A stretch of 64,000 bases of DNA from sequence record PP488543.1. The stretch is one strand, 5' to 3'. Position 1 is the first letter of the stretch; each line of letters begins with the position of its first letter. Below, in pieces: positions 1 through 8,893 of the stretch. Source of the DNA: Escherichia phage BP9. The translations under genes were made by a program, and so were the position numbers. The notes beneath the pieces were generated by a model, which saw nothing but the letters and a program-made list of their open reading frames with translations, made no database searches and was not told the origin of the DNA.

Positions 1-651
1 TATGACAGTGTCGGCATGTACGATCCTCGTGCTGATAAAGATTTTCCAGAGGGTGGTATCGTAGGCGCTATGGCATCCAACGATCCGTCTTACGGTGACA
101 GCTTGCACTTAAAACAGATGCCGGGTGTGATTGCACCATCTCTGACTTTAACTCAGCGCATGGCGATTTGGGAAAACCACGTTAACTTCTATAGAATGAT
201 TAACGGTGTTGGTGCTTTCTGGGAAGGTAAGTGTGCTTCAGGTCAGTATGCAGACGCTATTCGTTTTGCACACTGGATCAAGTTCAGATCTGAAGAATCT
301 ATGTTTGGGTACATGCATCGCCGCTCCAACATGGGTTTAAGCATGAAGATGTCTGATGATGATCTTCCGGTTATCAAGTCTGTCTTGATGAACAACCCAA
401 TCAACACTGGCATTAAGAATGGTGCGATCCTGACAGGTTTCGACGAAGACAATAATGTATTCTACGACCCGATCATTACAGTTCCTAAACGTGCAGAAAT
501 CCCAACTAATCAGTTGGCTGCTCGTGTTCTGGAAGGTGTGAAAGTAGAACTGGTGTATAACAACGCCCTGCACTTCGTTCGTATCCGGATCAACGTCCTT
601 CTGGACAAAGTTGGTTCTAAATCCACCAATGCTGTTGCAATGACTGAATAA
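1..651 (+). CDS. tail structural protein, 5'-truncated at window start (C-terminal ~216 aa; tail sheath or major tail protein)
   Basis: Reading frame is open from base 1 (first ATG at 16 has no upstream in-frame stop). Sits directly upstream of a tube-sized gene, a chaperone pair and the tape measure gene. No diagnostic motif recognised; sheath versus major tail is inferred from gene order. Confidence 0.4.
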   Translation, partial: YDSVGMYDPRADKDFPEGGIVGAMASNDPSYGDSLHLKQMPGVIAPSLTLTQRMAIWENHVNFYRMINGVGAFWEGKCASGQYADAIRFAHWIKFRSEESMFGYMHRRSNMGLSMKMSDDDLPVIKSVLMNNPINTGIKNGAILTGFDEDNNVFYDPIITVPKRAEIPTNQLAARVLEGVKVELVYNNALHFVRIRINVLLDKVGSKSTNAVAMTE

Positions 652-661
652 GGAAGCCTAG

Positions 662-1135
662 ATGGAAACTCAAATTTTAACTCCTTATGCGTATGACCCT
701 AAAAAGGTCAAACTGTATCTGATGCAGCAGCGTGTCACTGGCTTCGCTGCTGACACCAAGATTGTTGTTTCAAGAAACGAAGACAACATTTATCCTCACG
801 TTGGTGTGGATGGTGAAATGTCTGCGGCTCTGTCCCGTAACCAATCTGGTGTTATGACTGTATCTTTGCAGAACACTTCTGTATGGAACGCTTACCTTTC
901 TGACTGGCAGAAACAGGCATCGATCACTGGCCTGGTATTCTTCCCGGTTCTGCTGGAAGGTAGCCAGGGCCCCGGTATTTCCACAATCGGTTGGATCCAG
1001 AAACAGCCTGACCTGACTTACGGAACCGAAGTAGGTCAACTGGACTGGGATATCGGTATTCTGGATGCATGGCTCAACCGTGACAACATCACTGGTGCTC
1101 TCACTGGCCTCGCAGGTCTTGCAGGTATTATCTAA
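662..1135 (+). CDS. putative tail tube protein (157 aa)
   Basis: Size and position between the truncated tail gene and the chaperone/tape-measure genes; followed by a strong intrinsic terminator. Assignment by synteny only. Confidence 0.3.
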   Translation: METQILTPYAYDPKKVKLYLMQQRVTGFAADTKIVVSRNEDNIYPHVGVDGEMSAALSRNQSGVMTVSLQNTSVWNAYLSDWQKQASITGLVFFPVLLEGSQGPGISTIGWIQKQPDLTYGTEVGQLDWDIGILDAWLNRDNITGALTGLAGLAGII

Positions 1136-1153
1136 GGGCACACTTTAGCATAG

Positions 1154-1180
1154 GCCTCACCTTCGGGTGGGGCTTTTTGC
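1154..1180 (+). terminator. rho-independent terminator (8-bp GC stem, UUCG loop, T-run)
   Basis: gcctcacc-ttcg-ggtggggc followed by ttttt, immediately after the stop at 1135. Confidence 0.7.
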
Positions 1181-1225
1181 TTTTATGGTTTTGACACACG
1201 TTCTTGAATTGCTTGAAAGGTTAAA

Positions 1226-1254
1226 TTGACAATGCACCATAATCATGGTAAAAT
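1226..1254 (+). promoter_or_regulatory. sigma70-type promoter with extended -10 (TTGACA-17 bp-TGgTAAAAT)
   Basis: -35 TTGACA at 1226-1231, 17-bp spacer, TG at -15/-14 and TAAAAT at 1249-1254; about 44 bp upstream of the 1298 start. Confidence 0.6.
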
Positions 1255-1297
1255 ACACAAATATGGTGCACAACATGACTAATAAGGATGCTATAAA

Positions 1298-1771
1298 ATG
1301 GCTATAAACTTTAGACCTACAACAGAGATTGATTTAGCAGGGCACAACTTTGTGATCACCCACTGGGGACCGATGAAAGCAATGAAAAATATGCCTAAAA
1401 TCGGTAAGATTGTGGCTGTCCCGCTAGGTGCTATCGGTGGATCTATTATCTCAGGTGGTCAGAATATGGCAGAGGTCCTTCCTACTGCTCTGGCTTACCT
1501 GTTCCAAGAACTTGATGATAACTCTATTGAAGAGTTATTTAAAATTTTGTTCGAAGATATTACCGTAGATGGTGTGGATAAGCTTAACCCGGATGTTGTG
1601 TTTGCAGGGCATCTGCTGGAGATGATTAAGCTGGCAGGTAAGGTTCTGGAGGTTAACTACGGCTGTTTTTTCACACAAGACGGTTTAGGAAGCCTTCTGG
1701 AGATGTTACAGCAGATGGGTATGATTCAGCAGGTGAACAACCTGGATCAGACTCCGGAAGAGCAGGAATAA
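1298..1771 (+). CDS. tail assembly chaperone (lambda G / P2 E-like)
   Basis: 157-aa acidic protein immediately upstream of the tape measure gene, with an overlapping -1 frame ORF and a slippery heptamer at 1666-1672. Confidence 0.55.
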   Translation: MAINFRPTTEIDLAGHNFVITHWGPMKAMKNMPKIGKIVAVPLGAIGGSIISGGQNMAEVLPTALAYLFQELDDNSIEELFKILFEDITVDGVDKLNPDVVFAGHLLEMIKLAGKVLEVNYGCFFTQDGLGSLLEMLQQMGMIQQVNNLDQTPEEQE

Positions 1772-2031
1772 GCAAGGTTGTTGTGAGGGCCAGTGAGTGG
1801 GCAGCCAAGAACAGTTCACTAAACTGGTTCGACTTTCTTTGGTGCAGGGTGCTCAAGAATTTCAAAGGGGAAAATTTTGAATCGCTAAATCTTGCAGATA
1901 TGGCGTATTTCCTGAAGCTCTGTGAGTATCTTGATATCGAAGAATTCCTAGATACCGTCCAAAACAGGGAAATGGAGCGGGAGCAGAAGGCTGCCGCAGC
2001 TGCTGCGAAAGCTAAGCGCAGGAGAGGATAA
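1657..2031 (+). CDS. -1 frame extension ORF of the tail chaperone (GT / E+E'-like frameshift product region)
   Basis: The -1 frame is open from 1657 to the stop at 2031 and overlaps the 3' end of the 1298..1771 gene. T_TTT_TTC at 1666-1672 is a classic X_XXY_YYZ slip site. The track ORF 1783..2031 is the GTG-initiated part of this frame. Confidence 0.5.
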   Translation, partial: LRLFFHTRRFRKPSGDVTADGYDSAGEQPGSDSGRAGISKVVVRASEWAAKNSSLNWFDFLWCRVLKNFKGENFESLNLADMAYFLKLCEYLDIEEFLDTVQNREMEREQKAAAAAAKAKRRRG

Positions 2032-2085
2032 TCTAAGGGCCGGATTCCTTTTCTGGGATCTGGCCCTTTTTATTATGAGGAAACC

Positions 2086-4422
2086 ATGGCTACAAACAAA
2101 ATAGTTGCCACAACAGTCAACAAGATTGGCTTTGAGATAGAGAACTCCTCCTACAAAAAAGCTGTAGAGAAAATTCGCAGTATTGGGAGGGAGTTCAGGA
2201 AACTGGGCGAAGATTTTAACTCAGCCAACCCCATGAGTAGATGGCAGGCGGTAGCTGTTAAAACCCAGCAGACAATGCAGCGGGTTGCCAGACAGCAATC
2301 TCAGGCAAATGCTAAGCTGCACAGGGAGAGCGTAGCACAGGCCAAGAAAGAGGCTGCAGTAAGGGCTGCAATAGAACGTAGGGAGAATGCGAGACGTAAA
2401 CAAGCTGTAGGTAATCTTACCGCTAAAAATCCAGAAATGGCTAGGATGCGTAAGTTCTACCAGCAGCAAGCTAAAGAGGCCAAAAAGGCTGCCAAATCTG
2501 CACCAGTGTCTTACGGTGGTTATAAGGCACCTAAGGCAAGAGTTCTTGCTAACGCCAAGTCTTTCAGATATATTCCAGGCAACCCGAACATGGGTGGGGT
2601 GGCTTCAGATCCTAATCTTGTTAAAGCCCAGACCGCTGCCATGAACCGTTATCACAGACAGCTAAGAAGGGACGGTAAAGCTGGTATGGATAATAGGCTT
2701 ATGTCGGATCGTGAGGCAAGAAGAACCCACCTCTACAACTCCGCGATAAGACTTTCTGCCAAGTATGGTGCCGGATTCCGTGGAAGCTTGCCAGGATACT
2801 CAGAGTTAGAGTCCAGGTTTGCTCGCGGGGAGATGAAAAAGTCAACATTTAACGCCCACTTGTCAGCGCTGCAGTCTGGATTTAAAAGCGCCACCAGCCA
2901 AACGCTTACACTAGGCGATGCCATGAGAGACTTACGTAGATCTGTTATTAATGCAACAGCTGCGTATACAGCTTTTTCTGGATTTGCTGCGGTTAACAGA
3001 TCCGGTCACATGATGGAGGGGGCAAGTGCTGCTCTTACTGCTGTTACTGGAGATCCAAACAAAGCCAACAGTGAGGTTGCGTTTGTCCAGCAAGAGGCTA
3101 TGCGTCTTGGTTTTGATCTCAAATCTGGTCTTCAAGGTTACGCCCAGATGTCGGTAAACGCCAAAAACCAGATGACAAATCAGGAAGTGCATGAGCTGTT
3201 TTCTGCATACTCCCAGTATGCTGCTGCTTATGGTGCTGATGAGGTAAAATATCAGCGCGGTATCATGGCAATCCAGCAGATGCTTGGCAAGGGACAAGTA
3301 ATGTCCGAGGAACTGAAGCAACAGCTTGCTGAAGCATTACCTGGTGCATACGAACCTTTTATCAAGGCCACCAAAGAGGCTTTTGGTCTTTCTGAACTCT
3401 CCATGGATCAGTTCATGGACATGATGAAGAAAGGTGAGGTTAAAACAGCCAAGATCATGAAGTATGTGGCTAAGTACATGAACGAGGCATCTGCAGCTGG
3501 TTATGAAAGAATGCAGAAGTCTAACGTGCTGGCAGAAAACAGACTGAAAACCTTCATTGAACTGACTCGTCAGAAACTGTTCACCCGTTGGTCTGACGAA
3601 CTAACAGAGTTCTATTATACACTAATCCGCACTGGTGAGACTCTGCAATTTGTGTGGGATGCCTCTGGTGATTTTGTTAGCGGGTTTGTGAGAGGCCTTA
3701 ACTGGGTAGTTGGTGAACTAAACAACACTATAGTCAAGATCCGCATGTTTTTCCTTGAATGGGGGATTAAATGGGGATTCATAACAGCTAAGACGAAGGA
3801 ATATTCTGAAGAGCTTCATGACACCTTTAGCTATGCTAGATGGGCAGGGTTTGCTGCTGCCATCATGCTGGTAGTCAACGCCCTAACAAAAGGTTTTGTC
3901 ATGGCATCCATGCTTGTAAAAACCTTTAAATTCCTTAACTCTTTAAGAGGTGCAGCTGGAGCAGCTGGTGTCGCTACTGCAGAAGGATCTGGTGGTGGAG
4001 CTCCGGCAGGAAAAGGTGGAGGTGGCCTCAAGACACCTGGTGGCAAAGTTGGTCTGCTTGGTAAGCTGGGTATTATCGGTACAATATTAAGCGCAGGGGA
4101 ATTATTTAATGACCGTTTCAACCCACTAAGTGAAAGAAATCAGCAGCTGGACACTATCAGCGATATGATTCGCAAAGATATCATATCAGGAGGTAACGGG
4201 TTTGTTAATCCTTTGGACACCTTACCGGGCGGGACTCTTCCGTTGCCAGGTGGCCCCGGTTTTGCTTCTCAATTAAGAACTATGGAAATGCTACCTTTAG
4301 AGATCAGTGATGGGAAAATCACGATTTCAATAGATGAGGGTGAGTTTAACAAAATATTTGATGCAAAACTTGAGTGGGAGAACAATAAAGATATCAACTT
4401 CATGTCTACCGACCTTTGGTAA
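2086..4422 (+). CDS. tail tape measure protein (778 aa)
   Basis: Long alpha-helical, Ala/Lys/Gln-rich N-terminal half; conserved tape-measure motif (GIMAIQQMLGKGQVMSEELKQQLAEALPGAYE); hydrophobic segment and Gly-rich region (GAAGAAGVATAEGSGGGAPAGKGGGG); position after the chaperone pair. Confidence 0.85.
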   Translation: MATNKIVATTVNKIGFEIENSSYKKAVEKIRSIGREFRKLGEDFNSANPMSRWQAVAVKTQQTMQRVARQQSQANAKLHRESVAQAKKEAAVRAAIERRENARRKQAVGNLTAKNPEMARMRKFYQQQAKEAKKAAKSAPVSYGGYKAPKARVLANAKSFRYIPGNPNMGGVASDPNLVKAQTAAMNRYHRQLRRDGKAGMDNRLMSDREARRTHLYNSAIRLSAKYGAGFRGSLPGYSELESRFARGEMKKSTFNAHLSALQSGFKSATSQTLTLGDAMRDLRRSVINATAAYTAFSGFAAVNRSGHMMEGASAALTAVTGDPNKANSEVAFVQQEAMRLGFDLKSGLQGYAQMSVNAKNQMTNQEVHELFSAYSQYAAAYGADEVKYQRGIMAIQQMLGKGQVMSEELKQQLAEALPGAYEPFIKATKEAFGLSELSMDQFMDMMKKGEVKTAKIMKYVAKYMNEASAAGYERMQKSNVLAENRLKTFIELTRQKLFTRWSDELTEFYYTLIRTGETLQFVWDASGDFVSGFVRGLNWVVGELNNTIVKIRMFFLEWGIKWGFITAKTKEYSEELHDTFSYARWAGFAAAIMLVVNALTKGFVMASMLVKTFKFLNSLRGAAGAAGVATAEGSGGGAPAGKGGGGLKTPGGKVGLLGKLGIIGTILSAGELFNDRFNPLSERNQQLDTISDMIRKDIISGGNGFVNPLDTLPGGTLPLPGGPGFASQLRTMEMLPLEISDGKITISIDEGEFNKIFDAKLEWENNKDINFMSTDLW

Positions 4423-4432
4423 TAAACTGTGC

Positions 4433-4458
4433 AGGGGGCTCCGGCCCCCTTTATTTTA
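4433..4458 (+). terminator. rho-independent terminator
   Basis: agggggc-tccg-gccccct hairpin followed by ttattttat, right after the tape measure stop. Confidence 0.65.
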
Positions 4459-4464
4459 TCGGTG

Positions 4465-4493
4465 TTGTAAAAACAGCTATTTTATGATACAAT
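4465..4493 (+). promoter_or_regulatory. sigma70-type promoter with extended -10 (TTGTAA-17 bp-TGaTACAAT)
   Basis: -35 at 4465-4470 and -10 at 4488-4493 with 17-bp spacer and upstream TG. Confidence 0.5.
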
Positions 4494-4526
4494 ATCTAGA
4501 TGGTATCGGAGTGTCCTGGAGAGGTT

Positions 4527-5411
4527 ATGCCAAGCAATATAGTTGATGAAAAAGACCTGTACAAGCCTCAAGAGGTTAAATCTCCAAAGGCTGAAAAGGC
4601 AGAGCAGCAAACTGAAAGCGATGTAAAGTACACTATGTTTGTCAGCGGTCTTAACTATGGTGGTCGCAATACGGAGATGAAGGGTAAAAACTTTACTAAC
4701 GATCTTGCCATTATCTTCGACCAGGTTGAGAACTATTCTTTCAAACATTCTGTTGATAAGACTGATTTTGCAGTGGAAGATAAATCTACCCTGTCAGACC
4801 ACGCTGTAATTAAAGATGGTGTATTTTCTTTTACTGGTAGGGTAAATACATCACCACATATAATCTATGAGCAAAACTACATTGACAGGAATACTGACTC
4901 TAAAAACCCTGCAGCATCTATGCGACCGGGCGCTGCACTGGAGGCTTTGACTGAAATCATTAATAAGCGCCAATTGGTTTCTTTGGTTACCGAGGAAAGA
5001 CTCCTTGAGAACTACATTATAACCAGCCTTTCTGCCAGCAAGTCTGTTGGCGAAGGTGCTGCAATGGTTTTTGATGTAGAGCTTACAGAGTTCCGCACAT
5101 TCTACTTGAACAAGGTTGTTAATGCAACTGTATACAGCAATCCTAAGAAAGTAGGCAAGACCCAACAAAAAGGTGCTGTCAACGACTGTAAGAATGGTAG
5201 TAACGTAGGTAACAAGAGGGACACAGGAGCATTCGCAGACACTGCATCCACAAACGCTGCAGAGGAGTGGCAGCCATACAAATCTATGATGTGGACAGAT
5301 GAAAACGGTGTTACCCAATCGGCTGCGGATTGGTATTATCAGGAATATGGAAGACCTTCTACCATAGTCCCATCTGAGCAGGGAAACTACAACAAAGTTA
5401 ACGGGAAATAA
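4527..5411 (+). CDS. tail/baseplate assembly protein of unknown function (post-tape-measure gene)
   Basis: ATG at 4527 has a GGAGAGG Shine-Dalgarno; the track start at 4500 overlaps the promoter -10 and is unlikely. Occupies the position of LysM/DNA-circulation-type proteins in contractile-tail operons; no motif recognised. Confidence 0.35.
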   Translation: MPSNIVDEKDLYKPQEVKSPKAEKAEQQTESDVKYTMFVSGLNYGGRNTEMKGKNFTNDLAIIFDQVENYSFKHSVDKTDFAVEDKSTLSDHAVIKDGVFSFTGRVNTSPHIIYEQNYIDRNTDSKNPAASMRPGAALEALTEIINKRQLVSLVTEERLLENYIITSLSASKSVGEGAAMVFDVELTEFRTFYLNKVVNATVYSNPKKVGKTQQKGAVNDCKNGSNVGNKRDTGAFADTASTNAAEEWQPYKSMMWTDENGVTQSAADWYYQEYGRPSTIVPSEQGNYNKVNGK

Positions 5412-5423
5412 GGGGAGCGTATA

Positions 5424-5804
5424 ATGGAGCTTAAAGATTGGTGCATAATCACCTTTGTGTGGGACATTGACGGCTTTCCTGATCAAACCATGCGTGTTGT
5501 TTTAGACAACGAAACGTATGAAATGCGTATGCAATGGAATGAGAGGGATGAGTCTTGGTGGTTATCTCTTGGTCCAGTAGGTGACAGCCCTTTAGTAACC
5601 AGAAAAGTAACAGCTTGTCAAGATATCTTAGACGGACTGCATTATAGAGACGATTTACCGAAAGGTAGATTGATGGCACTGTCGTTTAAAGATGATCAAT
5701 ATTGGGGCAGGGTTGGAAGATACAACCTTGGAGCAAGATCCGAGCTACAACTTGTATACGGCACTCCAGTTGATCTTTACAAGGAACAGCAAGGGTTAGA
5801 ATAA
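5424..5804 (+). CDS. small baseplate/tail protein of unknown function (126 aa)
   Basis: Translationally coupled (stop/start overlap at 5804) to the gpD-like hub gene. Confidence 0.3.
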   Translation: MELKDWCIITFVWDIDGFPDQTMRVVLDNETYEMRMQWNERDESWWLSLGPVGDSPLVTRKVTACQDILDGLHYRDDLPKGRLMALSFKDDQYWGRVGRYNLGARSELQLVYGTPVDLYKEQQGLE

Positions 5805-6808
5805 TGGCAGAGTACAGACGTAGAACATGGCGATTATTGTTTGGTCGTCCTGTAGAACATGGCGGTAAATCAAAAACCAATATCCCAAAATCTGTTGAAA
5901 AGAAAGGGGAGAGTGATTCCGGAGTTTATGAAGTTAGCTCAGACACTGGTGCTGCCAATATAGAGTTTGACATACAAAAGGACAATACCAAAGAGCCAAA
6001 CAAAGGTTATGTGACAGTTTACAACCTGTCCGACGATACAGTTAACTATCTGGATATGCATCAGGCTGATGCTCTTGCAGTTATGTTTGAAGCTGGCTAT
6101 GATAATGAGAACCAGTTGATATTCTCCGGAACTGTGGAGTTTGTTGAAGACAGATGGGAAGGTCCTACCAGAAAAACTAAGTTCATCTTTGGGGATGGCA
6201 CTGAGAACATCATTAAGTGCCAAAGCACAAGATCTTATCAGAAAGGCACACCTCTGAACTCTGTGCTTAATGACTTACTGAAGGATATGAACTTGCCAAA
6301 AGGTAGGGTTGTTGGTTTTGGAAACCAGACTTTGCAATACTCTATGGCTTTCTCTGGAAACACTGCAGAGAACCTCCGCAGGTTTGCAAGGCTGACCAAC
6401 TCAACATTTAGCGTTCAGGATGGGGCTTTGTATTGGACCAAGGTTGGAAAAAGGTTCAAAGACTCTGTGTTTGAAATAAGCGCAGAGTCTGGGATGCACG
6501 GATCTCCTACCCCTAAAAACCCAGAACCTGCTAAAAAACGAAAAGCTAAAGCTGCTGCCAAAGGTGGTTCGACATCTAAAAAGAAAAAGAAAAACCCGAG
6601 AGAGGATGTTGGCCTTACTGTAACCACATGCCTTAACGGAGCTATCCTCCCAGAGTCCACTATTTATCTTAAAAGCAAGCAATATACAGGCTTCTATAAG
6701 GTGATCACGGTGCATCATAAGGGCACCATAGAAGGTGGTGATTACACTACAGAGCTTGGCCTTGGGGAAACAGTGGGTGGAGTTGTTGACAAAACTGAGG
6801 AGGTATAA
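5804..6808 (+). CDS. baseplate hub protein, Phage_GPD (P2 gpD / Mu gp44 / gp27-like) family
   Basis: C-terminal signature similar to the P2 gpD terminus (GFYKVITVHHKGTIEGGDYTTELGLGE versus GFKPEID..WIITRVTH..GYQTTLELE); size 334 aa; located upstream of the spike and wedge genes. Confidence 0.55.
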   Translation: MAEYRRRTWRLLFGRPVEHGGKSKTNIPKSVEKKGESDSGVYEVSSDTGAANIEFDIQKDNTKEPNKGYVTVYNLSDDTVNYLDMHQADALAVMFEAGYDNENQLIFSGTVEFVEDRWEGPTRKTKFIFGDGTENIIKCQSTRSYQKGTPLNSVLNDLLKDMNLPKGRVVGFGNQTLQYSMAFSGNTAENLRRFARLTNSTFSVQDGALYWTKVGKRFKDSVFEISAESGMHGSPTPKNPEPAKKRKAKAAAKGGSTSKKKKKNPREDVGLTVTTCLNGAILPESTIYLKSKQYTGFYKVITVHHKGTIEGGDYTTELGLGETVGGVVDKTEEV

Positions 6809-7485
6809 TGGCAATAAATAGGAAAGATGCTGCTGTAAGATCCTTCATAGAAAAAATAATGAGGGACTACCACACCAGTATCAGGGCCAGAGTTGTCAGT
6901 GTAGACTACAGTATCCCTTCTGCATCTGTGCAGCCAATAGCTGAAACCACGTTTGATGACGGAGATGTGGAGAGATACCCCCTTATCTATGACGTTCCAA
7001 TTCAGGTGATGTCTGCAAACAGCGGAAAGGCAAGGTTAACACTTCCTATTAAGGCCGGAGATGTTGTAGGATTGCAGTTTTCAGAGAGGAATGAAAACAA
7101 TAACGACGATCAACAAACTCACGGCCTGTTTCCAGGGTGGGCAATCACCTCCGTTCATTCAGACTCAAACGCTTTACAGATCGATCCTGATAACGTAGAG
7201 TTATGGAATGATAGGGTTTATTTTAAACTGACACCTTCTGGCGATTTTGAGCTTCAGACACCGGGTGGAACATTACGGTGCGACAGCAGCGGGGAGTTTT
7301 CTTTCACTAACGGTGCTGCCAATTTGCGAGCTGCTGTGGATGGAAATATCAGAATGAATGGTGCCACAATAGACCCATCTGGTAGAATTATAACTGCTGC
7401 TGGCGTGGATTTGGATTCATTCTATGCAGAATATAAAGGTCATACCCACTCTTGCCCTGATGGCGAGACAAGTGGACCGCACTAA
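6808..7485 (+). CDS. baseplate central spike protein (P2 gpV / Mu gp45-like, OB-fold plus metal-binding apex)
   Basis: C-terminal GHTHSCPDGETSGPH matches the gpV terminus HTHKHPGDSGGTTGSPL; N-terminal region resembles the gpV OB-fold; start overlaps the hub stop. Confidence 0.7.
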   Translation: MAINRKDAAVRSFIEKIMRDYHTSIRARVVSVDYSIPSASVQPIAETTFDDGDVERYPLIYDVPIQVMSANSGKARLTLPIKAGDVVGLQFSERNENNNDDQQTHGLFPGWAITSVHSDSNALQIDPDNVELWNDRVYFKLTPSGDFELQTPGGTLRCDSSGEFSFTNGAANLRAAVDGNIRMNGATIDPSGRIITAAGVDLDSFYAEYKGHTHSCPDGETSGPH

Positions 7486-7497
7486 TAGAGGGCTTTC

Positions 7498-8214
7498 ATG
7501 GCTACGCTTTATAGTGATATATTGATGGACCCACAGACAGGCGATTTGGCGATAGACAAAGGTCTTGAGTTGATAGATTCAAACCAGGTAAGTCTGCGCC
7601 AGCGCTTGTGGATGAGATTTAATACGTGGAAGGGGAGCTGGTACTTTGACGAGCTGTTTGGCTTCCCTTATATGGACTTTCTCAGCAAGAAGGTCATGAA
7701 GACTGTTCTTGATAACAAGATTATGGAAGTGGCAAGACAAGAGCCGGATGTGCTAAACATCATAAACTTCCAATCTACCATGGATAGAAGATCGAGAACA
7801 TACCAAGCGTTCTTTGAGGTTGTTACCAAAGAGAACGAGATTGTAAGGCTGGCTTTTGTAGGTCTTGATCAGTTCACCTACCCACAGCCTGATTCTGGGA
7901 CAACCTCCCTCTGTGATGATGAGGGTTGGATTAAGTGGGCTAATAAACTGTACTATCTGATCAACTTCAGATTGCCTAGAACCGGAGATGCCACATGGTG
8001 GAACCAGTATGCTGGTCCTGAGATGGAAAACCCGATCCCTGTAGGCTCTCTGTTGACTCAGGATAAAGATCTGCTGATGACTGAGGCAGAACAAACCATT
8101 AACCGCAATACCTGGACGCTTGCTCCAGATGAGCGCGAATACTCTGGTGTTATTGCTACCTCCAATGATGAGGCTATTGCCAACCAGTCTGGTCGTGCTA
8201 TTGATGTTAACTAA
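7498..8214 (+). CDS. baseplate wedge protein, gp25/gpW-like (DUF2634-type) with C-terminal extension
   Basis: N-terminal pattern D..TGDLAIDKG..L..QRLWMRFNTWKGSWYFDELFGFPY resembles the gp25/W family consensus. Confidence 0.45.
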   Translation: MATLYSDILMDPQTGDLAIDKGLELIDSNQVSLRQRLWMRFNTWKGSWYFDELFGFPYMDFLSKKVMKTVLDNKIMEVARQEPDVLNIINFQSTMDRRSRTYQAFFEVVTKENEIVRLAFVGLDQFTYPQPDSGTTSLCDDEGWIKWANKLYYLINFRLPRTGDATWWNQYAGPEMENPIPVGSLLTQDKDLLMTEAEQTINRNTWTLAPDEREYSGVIATSNDEAIANQSGRAIDVN

Positions 8215-8223
8215 GGAGAAATC

Positions 8224-8892
8224 ATGGCTGTAGCTTATCCTACAATACCAATTCCAGATCTTGAAGATGCAGAAACAGTCCTGAGTGATGACTTCTTGGT
8301 TGTCAACCAGACTGATGGGACAAGAAAGGCTAAGATTGACGATGTTGTCAACGATCTTAGCATCACTAAGATAGTCTATTTCACAGAGGGTGGTTATCTT
8401 AAGAGCAAGAAGGACTTTGCTTATGATCCAGAAACTAAGCGCTACTACACGTGGAACGGGGATTATCCTAAAATAATCCTCCCAGACTCCACTGTAGAGG
8501 GTGCTGGGGGTGTGTCTGCAAATGCCTGGTCTGTTTTTGGTGAGCTTGCTGCAACTTCTTCTGGCAGAATAGTTGATTACGGATCTATCGGTGGTCAGCT
8601 TGATATGGATCTTGAAGTTGCGGATACCTTTAAGGTTCGACTAACTTCAAATACCACAATCTCTTTTGAAAATCAAACAGAAGGTCTTGAAGGGGTGGCG
8701 AGAACTATAACCGTATGCATTACTCAGACCTCTGGCGGCAACAAAGTCTATTGGCCAGGTAATGTTAAATGGTCCTACGGAAGAGATCCTATCCTAACAT
8801 TTACAGCTGGTGCAACAGACATTTTCAAGTTGGAAACCTACGACAACGGGTTAACTTGGTACGGGGCACTGATTATCGCAGGAGCTATCTAA
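8224..8892 (+). CDS. short fibre/adaptor protein sharing the N-terminal anchor domain of the long fibre
   Basis: N-terminal ~100 aa (DDFLVVNQTDGTRKAKIDDVV..GGYL..DFAY) are clearly paralogous to the N-terminus of the 11528..15340 fibre (DDYLVVQQPDLTRRVKIGDVV..GGKL..DFAY). Confidence 0.5.
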   Translation: MAVAYPTIPIPDLEDAETVLSDDFLVVNQTDGTRKAKIDDVVNDLSITKIVYFTEGGYLKSKKDFAYDPETKRYYTWNGDYPKIILPDSTVEGAGGVSANAWSVFGELAATSSGRIVDYGSIGGQLDMDLEVADTFKVRLTSNTTISFENQTEGLEGVARTITVCITQTSGGNKVYWPGNVKWSYGRDPILTFTAGATDIFKLETYDNGLTWYGALIIAGAI

Positions 8893-8893
8893 G

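Noticed and set aside
770-1141. Antisense ORFs overlapping strong sense-strand genes (for example 243..452, 770..1141, 2221..2469, 2932..3321, 9605..10057, 12296..12808, 31939..32451, 32761..33372, 41067..41555, 55023..55313, 57029..57967)
   Set aside because: They lie fully within longer ORFs on the opposite strand that have recognisable protein families, good coupling and ribosome-binding sites; treated as spurious.
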